NCBI GenBank assembly: GCA_000934665.2
Contig: KZ538060.1
Location: 118,099 to 138,098, forward strand
DNA length: 20,000 nt
Reading direction: 5' to 3'
Source: Catajapyx aquilonaris
Taxonomy: Eukaryota
Below are positions 1-11,831 of this stretch, piece after piece (position 1 is the stretch's first letter; each line of letters begins with the position of its first letter). The notes under the pieces were generated by a model. The model worked only from the letters and a program-made list of their open reading frames with translations. It had not been told where the DNA came from and made no database searches. The translations under genes and the position numbers were made by a program.

Positions 1-739
1 GCCTAGCTAGGCCTAGCCTTAAGCCTATCCGCCATTAATGCAAAAAAAAATGAGGCCTTAAGGGTCAGTTGCTCCCCCACCTCACTAACTAAGGGTTTAA
101 CGTCTCGAAACTTTAGCCACTGGCCGTTTGATCCAATAAATTTCCAGCCAAAAAATTCGGGGAGGCTATCAAGCCAAACTTCCCGTAAGTCTAGCTCTAT
201 CTCGTAGGTTTTCTGGATTCGATCTAGTAGCGGGGGCGGAGAATTGGCGCCTGGTAACGAGCGCGGGGGCGGACTAGAATAAGGAAAAGTGGGTAAAAAA
301 GAAGGAAAAGAAGGAGAATTGAGGCGCTCACAAGGAAATGGGATATTGGCTCCTTTTTTTACGTTCGGTCTTTTTCTTTACCAGGAGCAATAATTTCGCT
401 TTTCACGTTGGTTGGCAAGGAAATTAGGCTGAGGTAGGACCACTTGGGGCGGGCCAAAGGGCAGGTGTGAGGCCGGATCTTAACACACCCTACAACCGGC
501 TGGGCATCAATTCAGAACACGAACGCTTTCTACAAGCCTTACCACCACCCACTACCTAACTCAAATTTGCAGAGGAACTTTGTGGGATTCGGAGGTACAC
601 ATGGAATTCTAAAGGTAGTTTGAACACACGCCGCAGGACTTGGCGAGTAGGGTTTTTTTTAAAGGTCCAATGCTGAGCTGTGGTGTATATCTAGGAGTTT
701 GCGTGGGTAAATAATGGGTTCAACTCTTGTGTGTTTCAG

Positions 740-900
740 AATGCCCGCCAGCAGAAGATGGCATGGACCGCTTTGCGTGTCCAGCTCCAGACAGGATGGG
801 GCGTTACCGTTGCATCGACGACCACCGTCTCTGCGACGGATTCATCGACTGTCCCAACGGAGAAGATGAAGATAGACAAGCCTGCATGTTTTACAAGACG
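740..900 (+). CDS. jeb: Jelly belly (ALK receptor tyrosine kinase ligand), penultimate coding exon encoding the LDL-receptor class A domain; upstream exons lie outside the window
   Basis: Acceptor tgtgtttcAG at 738-739 (phase 1) and donor GTAAGT at 901 (phase 0). Translation (E)CPPAEDGMDRFACPAPDRMGRYRCIDDHRLCDGFIDCPNGEDEDRQACMFYKT has 6 Cys and the LDLa acidic motif CDGxxDCxxGEDE. It matches my recollection of the insect Jeb C-terminus. Confidence 0.9.
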
Positions 901-2269
901 GTAAGTCATTCCACTCTTGTTTATACAAAAATAATCATAATGGTTCACGAAACATGTACTCTTTATGTAGATATGTTATTTTATCTTCGAAACCTCGTTA
1001 CTGAGATAATGGGCTTCAAACGCAAAGTATACATGCGTTTCTCCATGCCTACTTGGAACTCGATAGCAATCACCGAGGCGAGGAAAGAGTAGGCTATATC
1101 CGCGACTTCATAATTAGTGCAATAATTATTCCAGTAACGATCAAAGCTGCAAAGGCCAAACGCTTACAAAAGTTGTCTAATCATGATGAAACGCCTACTG
1201 TCAGTAGGCTTATTATTAAACCAAATTCTTTCTGGTGAAACTTACTGCTATTAACAAAACACTGAGAGGCCTATTCCGCACTTTACCCAATGATGTAGGC
1301 TTTGCATGAATGAAATATTTATGCTGCAGAGTACTGCAAACCGCGGAGGTTGTGTTAGATATAGTTAAACACAGTGTTGTTGAATTTTTTGCTGCAAATG
1401 AAAATAGGCTTCCTAAAATAGACATGAAATACTGTATTCCTCCGCTTTACTTAACTAGCAGATGACGTCAACCGCATATTCATATACGCGACATTATACA
1501 ACCAGAACTCTGCTTATACGCGCCATATCAATGTAACTATTAATCACAGAACCCTGACTTTATACAATGTATAGACCTGAAGATCGCAAGGCGGAGGAAA
1601 AATGGAGCAAATTATCTCTTTCCGGCTTGAAATCTGAAGAAAGAAAAATGAGCCTAGGGCAAAGGAAAACACTCGATTCCCTTTTATGGTCCAAATTACG
1701 AGGTTGGATTGCATTAGGAATCCTCCCCATCCATCGCCTTATCTCTCCGCCATTAAATTCGAATTCGCAACCTACGCCAATCGCCATCAAGAAATTGCCC
1801 CTCAATCCAAAACTTGTGTCCCTGCAAAATGAGACACGTCCTTTTTGGACAACTTTGTCACGCAATTTCTTGGGACTACCAGGACTGCCAAATTTAACAC
1901 GGGTATCTTTACTATAACCCGCCTCTTGGTGAGTGACGGCTTCTTGATGACTGCCCCTCAAGCTACGTCCCTTTGTCTCTATCCTAGATCAGTCTCTGGC
2001 AAACTGCCTGGTTTTCCGATGGCCACAGGGACCTGTGGGGGTCCCTTTCCTTTGGGCATTTTAGGGATTCTGCGTGCACGCTCCAATATGCGGATTAGGG
2101 CAGGGAATATTATCAAGTTGAGCTTCCCAGAGTATTTGCATGGCTTATTTACGGCCCAGTCTTAAGGGTGCTCTCAAAGTGCCTAGACATGCAGGGGTCA
2201 TGCTGCGGTGTCGTATAATCTGGACCATGGAAGATTAAAAAGGAGAGCTCCTAGGACATACAGGCTGAC

Positions 2270-2486
2270 AGTAAACAGTTATGGGTCGTCATAATATATT
2301 CTTTCAATAGTAAACAGTTAGTCCAAAGTTTCTTTCAGTAGAAAACGTCTACTATTGAAAGATAGGTTAGGTTAGGTTAGGTTAGGTTAGGTTAGGTTAG
2401 GTTAGGTAACCAACCAGATAGGTGATGACCCACAACTTTGGACTAACTGGTCAGTTAGGCAAAGTTGTGGATCATATGTTCTTTCA
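2270..2486. mobile_element. Putative non-autonomous foldback element carrying a central (TTAGG)n tract; ends not defined
   Basis: Perfect inverted repeats 2315-2330/2434-2449 (16 bp) and 2300-2312/2350-2362 (13 bp); imperfect hairpin 2423-2474; direct repeat AGTAAACAGTTA at 2270 and 2309. Confidence 0.55.
2363..2406 (+). repeat. Interstitial arthropod telomeric-type repeat, TAGG(TTAGG)8
   Basis: Eight perfect TTAGG units at 2367-2406 plus a partial unit at 2363-2366. Confidence 0.95.
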
Positions 2487-2906
2487 GCATCGCCGTTGTC
2501 ATTTCATCAGAGTACAGAAGAAATTCATCAAATCAACAACAAATTCATCAATAAGTCAGTAATTAAGGGCCACAAATTCACTTAACCTATCCTTGTGAGG
2601 CTGACGATTAACTGCTGCACTTTCACAATATGGCGCATCTTCCAGGCTTCCTAACACAATTTGCTTCATCCCCCACTGTATTTTGAAAATTAGACAGATC
2701 GCGTGACTCTAGGCACCTGGTAGGCCAGAACCGTAGGAGTAAATGGGCATGACGTCAATGTAACGATACACCGCCTCTTCCTCACACGACGGGAACACCC
2801 CCTAACCCTTGCATCGAATTTTTTTTTGTAGAGATCTAATCAAAACGGGTTCCAACACGATAAGCGAAACAATTTGCACATTTTTCTCTTCATTGTCTCT
2901 TTACAG

Positions 2907-2966
2907 ACCAAGGCCCACCTAGACGTGCTGGCCGACGCCCTTCTTCGATGGGCAAGAGGTCGCTAA
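2907..2966 (+). CDS. jeb: Jelly belly, last coding exon (TKAHLDVLADALLRWARGR*)
   Basis: Polypyrimidine tract ttttctcttcattgtctctttacAG ends at 2906. The exon joins in frame with 740-900 to give CMFYKTTKAHLDVLADALLRWARGR, the conserved Jeb C-terminus as I recall it. Stop TAA at 2964-2966. Not in the ORF track because it is short and has no start codon. Confidence 0.9.
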   Translation, partial: TKAHLDVLADALLRWARGR

Positions 2967-5900
2967 CCAATCGGCGTCGCCCACGTCACCGCAACAAGCG
3001 TCGCCTTCAAGCGCTCAGCGACAAACACCTCTCAAAGAAGCGGATAAACACGACATGTGATGATGCCACTCGTCGTCACCGGCAACCATTGACACAGACT
3101 GACTTGTCCGAACAAAACCAACCAATCCACTCTGATCTCATTGTTCCTGCACCGGTGGGGTTGGAAAACTATTGCTACTTCTACAAAAACTAAAATAAGA
3201 GGAATATACAACATCAACAGCAGCACCTTCTAAAAAAATCATGTCCGGTTGGATTTTTTCTTTATCTCTTTGTTTTTTCTAAAAATATGGACAAACGTAT
3301 CGTAGGATACCCCAAAAGTCATAAGAAAAATGTGAAAGAACAAGCGATACCCTGGCTTTTTTGTATGCCCGAGTACGTTTCTTTGTGTGTGTGGCCATCA
3401 CTCGATGACTCCTCGCTGGTGTTGTTTTGCAAAAAAGATGTACGAGATGTTGAAGAGGTCAGTTCAGGAAAATGTCATGTTGTCAAAACGATGATGCAGT
3501 CGAACGGATGAAGAGTAGAGCGTCCAAAGGGAAGGTTCGAGACTGATCAGAGGTCAGAGGTCAAAAAGGACAAGGGAGGGCAAGAGCGTCCTGCCATGAG
3601 CCTCGGCAGGACGCTGCGTAACAATCACGAGTCACCTAAGGAAATGTGAAAACACATTTTAAAACAAAGTGTGTTAAAATCTTGTGGTAGTTAGTCAACT
3701 TTTTTCGAAAAACGCTTGCTCCAAATATCGCAGTGTACACGTAGTAAAAACAGTAGCACGTTGTGTACTTGTAACCATAGCTAGTGTGTGACATCAGTCC
3801 CCCCTACCCTTCTTCCATACAAAATGGAAGAATAATGTCGTTTCCACATTTTCTTACGACTCAAAATTTCGTGAGTGCCCTACGATTTTCTGGGGCTGGA
3901 TACACCTCGGAAACCGCGAAGGACCTTTGGAAGAAGTGGCAGCGTACACCGGTACGCAGTCAACCAGTGTGTTTCTGAGCCACCTCACTTCTTCCAGACA
4001 TCCTTCCGAAGCCATTGGATTCAAAGTACTTTAAAAAAACGGCCGTACCAGTACCAAAGAGGCTGATGGTGCCGGATGGCTACAATTCCCAGGTGTGTAC
4101 ATCGTGCGACACACACGAAAGACACCGAATAGCATTGTCCTCATGGCCAATATTTGGGGGGTGGGCAACCTTCCCTGAAAGACGCAGAAACAGAGAAGCA
4201 ACCTGATGCCTTCTTGAGTGTGTTCGATGGATTAAAATAAAAATTTTATACAAGTACTGCACACGGTATTGTACGCGCAATGATGACCCGAGAAGCACGA
4301 GTGATGCGCCGTTATTTTTATTTTTTATTTTTTTTCATTAAAAAAAATAAGAAAGCGACGCCCCCACAAAGAATTCACGCTGGCTATAAGCCAAAAGTGC
4401 AAATAGTGGCGGATTCTATTATTTTCAATCTATACTGTACCTCAGGAAGACGTTTCTTTCGGACGACATCAAAAGTGCTGTTGTCCAGGGATCGCCAAAT
4501 GCCTCTCTAAAACGGTAGGTGGACGTATTTCCTGCCGCCATTTTCATGCGCATGCGTATGGAGCGCTACCACGAAATACGTCACGAGTTTCCTCTTGGGG
4601 GTATTTTTGCGACCCCAAACTTTTTGGCGATTTTTGTCACCATTCCCCCGCCCCCCTCCCTTCCCCCTTCCCCCCTTCCCCTATATACACACCCCTCAGT
4701 TCATATTAGAATATCTCGTGGCAGCCTCCGGAAGAACTGTTTCTTAATACTTTTTTTTCGTTGTTTGAGAAAAAGCGAACAAGTTTTATCTCGGCGTGTG
4801 ATATGTCATTGTACCTGCACCAGCACTTTACACCATTCCACACCGTATGTGCGTTTTTTTTGTCGTAATCAGCGTTATTTCTTATCTTGAGCGTTTAGGC
4901 TGCCAATCATTCGAGTGAATATTATACACTCTAAAATATTTTGGAAAAAAAATTACACTCTGAAAACAATTGAGCCAAAAATTAGCTGAAATATTTCAGA
5001 GTGTAAAATCAAGACTATTGTCACACTAATTTTTTTAAACAATATTTGCAACAATCAGTTGCGAAATATTTTGGCTGCCATATTACGTCATAAGCATCAG
5101 AACAATGCTGATTACTTTTCTTGATTTTTTGTACTCGTTGATTTCCTAGAGTTTTCTGGATATTGCAAGTAACAATTTTTTTGGAGAGAGTCGTCGATAA
5201 ATATAAGTAGATTATAACATACAAAAAAAAGGTGCTACTTGTCGTTAGTGTCACTGACCTGTACAGTCGCCACCACCCAGCACGTTTATACATTACATTT
5301 GAGTGATTTTACTTGACCCGTTTCAAACCGTGTCCAGGTTAGAAAGAAACTGTTAAGTGCAAACTAGTTGCATTTGACAATTTTGAAGAAAAAAAAAACA
5401 TATGTTTTTTCTAAAGAGTCTGATTGTGCTCCACATGTACAGTCGAAGTAGAATACGATTACCCTTCTTCACAGAGAAGGTATAGAAGAATCCTTTTAAA
5501 AAAAATGGAACTTTTTGAAAAGGTGTTTGGATCGTCCTCATGATGTGGAATCGGGCTCCTTTTAGCATTCATGGGAGCAAATTCCGAAGCGACTTTCCTC
5601 GTTCTCCTCGAGTCCACTTTGCGAAAAGTTTCGCCCATCTTGTCAGCCACGGGGGGGAGGGGAGGAGCAAGCGGCCCACTTCTCACATTTTTATTCCTAA
5701 AGACTCTTGGAACTAATCCTACGACTGACATAGACGTCATAGACTGAACACTACCTAAACCAAAGGCTGCGCGAGATATTCTAAAAAAAAACTTTAAAAA
5801 AAAGCGAGAAAGAGAGAGAAAAAAAATCGACTTTTATCATTCGCAAAAAAAATAATAACGAGGGAAGAAACCCGCGCTGTAAAACCCATTCCTTAACCCC

Positions 5901-7850
5901 CCCAATTATTATAGATGTGAATATTTTATTATATTTATTGTTATTATTGTATACGTTGAAACCATATCTGTCTCGCTCTGTAAGATAACCTCTAGGGACA
6001 AGAATGTACGGCTGTTTGTGATAAAACTAGCACCAAAACGTGGAGACGGCGGGGTTTATTCCGGAGAAAACCAGCAATTGCACCGATTGGACCCCCACAT
6101 TCATTTTTTGTCATTCCTAGTTTGTGGACCCCCCTTCATGAGCGTACATTCTGGTTTCACGGCTGCATAGTGTCACCATCATTCTACTGCACCAGTGTTC
6201 ATAATTCATTTTTTAAACCCTAATATTTATTTGTGCTTTCTCCTATACATCATCCCAAATCATTCCTCTCCAATTGTTAAGTGAAAAAAGTGTGCTACAA
6301 TTTTTTCCTTCACTGTCGGCGGTATGGGGTTTTGAGAAGAAAAATGTGTAACAATTCTTATGGTGATCATCCTACATAATATGCTAATAATAGTAAGTGG
6401 TAGAAACTCACGCCCCCTACTTGGTGACCATCAGCAGGATATTTAAACAAAATATGAAACATACACACAACTACTAGCAAACGCAATGGACATCACTTTT
6501 ACTCCTCTAAAATGCCATGGCAATTATGGTGTGTCAAAAAAATATACCTATGCTATATAGGATTACGATTCCTCAAATCCATCCAATGTTTGGACTCGTT
6601 CCTCCTTCGGTGTCAATGTTGCTGTTTTCAAACATCCATCCCAGTCTTGGTATTGTACCTCAAAGGATCACATTGGAATTTCGTACGTTGTTGGCTGTTG
6701 AACTGCTGTGAGGAGCCTCATGAAAACCCTGGGGTTTAATTTATTTAGATTATTTATTATTTCGGTTAGCGAAAACGTGCATGGGCAGCGATTTTAGTTG
6801 ATTCTAAACATGCACTCTCTCGTCTATCCGGAGGCTGGTTTTGATGTATAATATACATAAATATTCACAGGGGAAAAAAACCTGGTATTCAACTACTTTC
6901 GAGCCCTCGCACGTGCAAACTTACGTAGCAAAAAAATTTCGCTTACGAGTCAAAATCTGTCGGATTTGATTTGTTTCAAAAAAAAACTTCTTCCTTTTGG
7001 TTCTGACCGCCAAACAATACGGTAGGAATATATTGAGAGTAAAAAAGAAGATTAATAGTGAAAAAAAATGTATGACTCCCAAAGCCGCGTGTTCAGTTTC
7101 CCCAACCCCCATTCCCCGACTTTTTCTCAAAGCTCTTGGGCCCAGATTTTCTATTTTTCCTTACCTGAAAAGAATGAAAACTACAAAGCGAATTGTCGAG
7201 ACCCAAGACTTTCATATCTTCCAGTGGCACAATCCCCCCCCTTCCTCCCCCTCCTCCATCCCCCTTAAGAGATCGAATGAGGATTTCATACAGGTCATGT
7301 TTGTAATCTACGCGTACAAACTATGAAATCCGTAATAATGTATTATATATAATGAAAAAAAAAACTTAATCTTTTTGTAAAGGGTCCCCCCCTCCCCGCC
7401 CATGAGAAATCTTACATTGCGTAACTTTCCGTCATTCATTTTGCATTATGCTTAATAATTTTAATTTTTTAGTTGTTAGGGCTCCAAATAAAAAGAGTGT
7501 GGTATCTTCCACAGTGTTCATAATTTTCAATGCAAAACCCATAACGGTCCATAATGAGTTGTATTGGAGAAGGGAATCCCCAAGATTCAAATACTTTGCG
7601 GGTCGAAGTGAAGCAGCTAAACTAACTGCTAAGCTGAATGGTTCTTACAAAATGTCGTCTGTGAATACGTGTGTTGAAAGGATAGCAGCCATTACTGTCT
7701 GATTAAGGTTTCATTGTATAAAAAAAGGAAATATACAAAGCAATCTATTTTCTTTCTATGGAACAAATTCCTTTGTGTACTATGTTGCTAGAGTTTCTCT
7801 CTGAGAAAGCGATACGTGAAAGTTAATAAATGAATCAAGTGAGGTGCAAA
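2967..7850 (+). other. Putative jeb 3' UTR; end uncertain, candidate AATAAA signals at 4236-4241, 7487-7492 and 7825-7830
   Basis: Follows the stop codon, contains many A/U-rich tracts and no credible ORF. The AATAAA at 7825 is followed by a GU/U-rich tract (cgttgtctctatccatttcc). The extent is inference only. Confidence 0.35.
4956..5003. mobile_element. 48-bp CACTCT-ended mini inverted-repeat element flanked by TA
   Basis: TA|CACTCTGAAA ... TTTCAGAGTG|TA; an additional orphan TACACTCTAAAA end lies at 4925-4936. Confidence 0.45.
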
Positions 7851-10800
7851 CGTTGTCTCTATCCATTTCCCTTCCCATTAGGGTTCCCTTTGCAGCTAAC
7901 TGTACACCGCAGCCTGCAGAACCAGAAGGTAAGCTTAGCAACACAGTAGTACAATTACAAGTTGTAATATACAGTATATCCTCACACCAGTTTACTAAAT
8001 AATTTCAATGTCAAAATCCGAAACCAAATTTAACACATTATAGTCCCCACTAAACCCTCCCAAAAAATCCCAATCCCTCGGGATCCCAATCCTATAATCC
8101 TGAATCTCCTAGTTGATTAGTCCATCCTCCCCAGCAAGTGGACCATCATCACAACAACCAGGCAAGCAAAGCATCCCAAAATTGCGATGCTGCTGGGGCA
8201 AGCAAAGACAAACTGCATCCCTGCGAAAACTCCGCCGCAAGAACCGGAAGGGACGCAGGGTTGGGACCCTCATGTCTAAAAAGATTTATTTTGGCTTCGA
8301 TGCTCGCCAAGAAAACTTTTCTGGCTCCCAGACGAAGAGGAAATTTCAGTTGGTCCCACCCCACCCTTACCCATCTCGTACTCTCTAGCTAGAGTCGACT
8401 CAGAAACGAAATATAAAAAAACTGAGGGGGGGGGGGGGGGGNNNGGGGGGGGGGGGTGGTAAAGTACATCCGAATCCAACCTACTTCTTAGGATTGGCTT
8501 CGTGACTTGAACCAAAGTCACTAAGGGTTCGATATCCTGATTAACAACGTTGGTTAGGATCATGTGACATCCATGGGAAAAGTCCAATTTTCATGCTGGA
8601 AAATCTACAACGGGAGAGTTCAACGGACTTGGTCCGTGACATCAATCTGGAGACTGGCTTTCTAACAAACTTTATGTCGGTAGTTAATCATCCAAAGAAT
8701 GATGATGAAGTGGTTCCAAAAAGATATGTTGTATTACTGAAGCTATACTTTCCGGATGAAGAGGGAAAAAAATTAATGACGATCCTCACGAAAATAATCG
8801 TGCTTATGTAGGACAAACTGTAGGATTTGGGTTGATGCAATTATGAAAATGTTTCCGTTGCAGTATACAGTATAGTGCACCCCCCAATTACAGTATTTTT
8901 AAGCGAAGTTGTACTCAGGATGCGGAGACAACCATCGTGCTTTTCGCCCACAGGCTACAGTCATTTGTGTTTTAACAATGGCCCAGTTTATTGATAATAA
9001 TGTAACAAGTTACTAATTAGGTAGTACCTGCGGTTATTATACTGTATGTTTGCCTCAAAGAAATATCAAAATCAAATTCAAACTCTGAAAGTTAGGTCAA
9101 ATATCTACCTATACTTTCCCCTTATTCAAAGTACTGCACACATTATACAGTACCTCATATTTGTTTGTTCACAGTGCACTCTTGACGCACATGTTGACTT
9201 AGACCCTGCGGCAATGACACCCTAACCCTTGTAATTTGCCTTCAAATGACAAGGCACAGGCATTAACGCCTACTCCTGGTTGTTTAGACAGGATCCGGTT
9301 CATGCAAATGTAACATTATAATGCGCTCAGCAAGTTACAATTTATTCGGTCCACGAGATCTCCTTTTGAATACACCTCCTAGAAATGACGATTGACAGAG
9401 CTCTCTAGTTGGGATTTCCATCCTAATGCTCAGTGGATCCGAGTAAAGAGAGTTTTTTTTTTATTAAAGCATTTGCTGATCTTGTTGACATCCAGGCGTC
9501 TCGCTCTCTCGCAATGAAAATGCGATTTAGCCTTCAAAATGTCAAAAACGCCCACAAGGTTCTCACAAGGTTTGTACCCCTGAAAATGGTTGGCAACAAC
9601 TTATTCGACCCTACAAATCGCCATCTTCAACCACAGTGTTTAAATATTATAAATGCGAATTTTATTGCAAGGTTGATGGGTTTGTCATTTCTGGGCACTC
9701 CAGACCAGACCAATCCATCAACTCTTTCCCGCTCTCAGGTAACACCCATCGACATTGTCATTTTGTCAGGTAACCGACGTCATATAACTCCAGGCACTTC
9801 TGGTAGCAGCAACATTAACATAGGAAGACAAGCTCAGCTGCATAATGTCGATGGGGGGTTCGGTTGGCTGCTGTGGTAGAGTGTGGGTGTTGAGAGAGAG
9901 AGTTTGCAAAGTCGGCTAGAACTCCCAAGCTGCAAAACGCGAAACGCTTCCAGCGCCACTTTAAGCCGGCTACAATTTCATTAGGCACATTCATGTCGCG
10001 TGAATAACGCCTCCCTCGAGGGGGCCTGTGTTTCCTTCCTCCACTTAACCAGCTGCTACGTTTCTGGATAGCAAAATGCGGCGGCCATTTTGGTCCACGG
10101 CAACACTTGAAACCATGCCAAGTCCAGGTATACTGAGTTCAATATGTCATCCGATTGTCAACACCAAACAATCCTCAATTTGCAATCAGGAACTGCTTAT
10201 AAGCGACTGGAGTATATCGCGTTAGTGCTGCCACTCTGTTGGCAGCTAATTGAATTAGCACTCAAAAGTTACGCACCTTTGAAGTGCTCATATTGCTTCT
10301 TGCAATTTGACATTAAGACAACACAAGTTTGGATTTAATCCAATCATGAAAGACACTTCCTCTAGGACACTTTGTCCAATCTACACTGTGGACAGACTGG
10401 TCAAGCATTAGATGGCTTGTTGCATCTCTTTAGCGCACTTATCGGAAAAACCTTCTCTCTCTCCTAGGTCGCGTTTTCCTCCTGAGCTGAAGACATCAAT
10501 TGGGCGATGAATGATGGATGGTCTGGGGCTTTGTCTACGTCCCGGTTCTTTCTTCGTCGTCCCCTGCCTTCTGTCACCCTATTACTGGGAGATGTTTGCA
10601 CAACGAAGAGAGTTCCTCTTCCAGAATCAATTGTTGAAGAACAAAAGGGTTCCACCGATCTCAGCCGTATAATTATAGGCCGGGACTAGTTCAAACTTCA
10701 AAGGCATCATCAGAAACAGTGAATTCTTCTGGAAGTTCAACTGCATAATAGCTGATTCAATCAGCTAAAAAAAGCCTAATGATCTAACTACATTTGCATT

Positions 10801-11783
10801 CAATTTTGGTTATTTACATGACACGATTGCTTGAGTTATCAATAGTAACTGTTGGAAACAATGGTTCAAGCAACAACTTAACGATATAGTTCCCTTGTGA
10901 ACATTATTATAGGTATGTGTACTGTACTGTACACAGTACAGTAGTGTTGTACTTTCTGATAAAAGCATTTCAAATCATTATTAAATATTTACAAACCTAT
11001 CGGGCTTGAAGTTCACCCCAATGTCAAAAGCCAAATGTTACACACAGAATACGTGCATTCATTGACATTTCGCTAATATGTAAATTATAAACAAGGTGAT
11101 ATATCCGTCAACACCAGGTAATAGGAGTGTAATAATTTATGACCCTCTCAAGCCCAAAGGTACTCAAGTGTGTATACAAGCTTTTGGGTAGATGTATTCA
11201 GAAGTGGCCTACGAAGGCCCCCGAAAATGTGAAAGGTTAGGACGTCATTCCGAGAGAAAAAAAGCATAATACAAAAAGTCCAGCAGAGGTCAAAGGTCAC
11301 ACGGTGGGGTCACACGAATATATTTTGTTCGGCCCAATTTCTGATCCCCCCCGCATTTTTACGGGTCCCCTTGAGACCTCCCCCGGATTCATAAGCTTCC
11401 AATTGCCAAGCCTAAACTGCAAAACATGTTTTATGACCTCTCGGGGAAAGTGCCGTATGCTGCAATTTCCAAAATATATTTTTGATAGAAAAAAGAAGGC
11501 GGGAAGATACGACTTCATAAAAAATATACAGATAATCCGCCCTTTTCCAAACACATCTCGTGCTTCTTCCTACGACGATGCTTGTGCGCACACGGGGGCT
11601 CAAAAGTTCCATCAGACTCTGATGAAATATTGACAGGCTTCGAGACTTCCTTTGGTCGCTTTTGTAAATAAAGTGGGTTTCAAAAACGATTTAAGAGCCA
11701 GTCTGAGAAATTGAAATGAAATTGGCTACCACTTTCTGAGTAACTGCTAAACAACATTAGATGTTACAATGTAGGGAATTATA

Positions 11784-11831
11784 CACTCTTAACCATTTAC
11801 CCTCTCTAGAGCAGGTAAATGGTTAAGAGTG
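11784..11831. mobile_element. 48-bp minimal palindromic MITE, same family as 16912-17197
   Basis: TA|CACTCTTAACCATTTACC-CTCTCTAGAGCA-GGTAAATGGTTAAGAGTG|TA. The 18-bp termini are identical to those of the 286-bp palindrome, with TA on both sides. Confidence 0.85.

Larger units (their letters stand above)
901..2906 (+). other. GT-AG intron of jeb, 2006 bp, phase 0
   Basis: Consensus GTAAGT donor, pyrimidine-rich CAG acceptor, and reading frame continuity across the junction. Confidence 0.9.

Noticed and set aside
740..900. Assignment to prohormone-4/IDLSRF peptide or an LDL-receptor family gene
   Set aside because: There is a single LDLa repeat followed directly by the Jeb-type tail and stop; prohormone-4 has a long, different C-terminal region.
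727..1092. 121-aa ORF as a complete gene
   Set aside because: Only 740-900 is exon. The TTG start overlaps the acceptor tract, and the sequence after the GTAAGT donor is intron read-through.
1560..2165. Overlapping 106-133 aa ORFs inside the jeb intron
   Set aside because: No recognisable domains on either strand; probably non-coding repeat-derived sequence.
2967..3047. Stop-codon readthrough extension (PIGVAHVTATSVAFKRSATNTSQRSG*)
   Set aside because: TAA is the least leaky stop and 26 open codons are expected by chance; no comparative evidence is available.
2948..3193. Arg-rich 81-aa ORF overlapping the jeb stop
   Set aside because: Alternative frame running into the 3' UTR, with no recognisable domain.
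8426..8456. Poly-G run (and poly-C at 15101-15116) as G-quadruplex elements
   Set aside because: Both contain Ns, so their length and continuity are uncertain in the assembly.
8113..11633. Assorted 60-148 aa ORFs downstream of jeb
   Set aside because: No domain similarity or consistent exon structure that I can recognise; lengths are compatible with chance.
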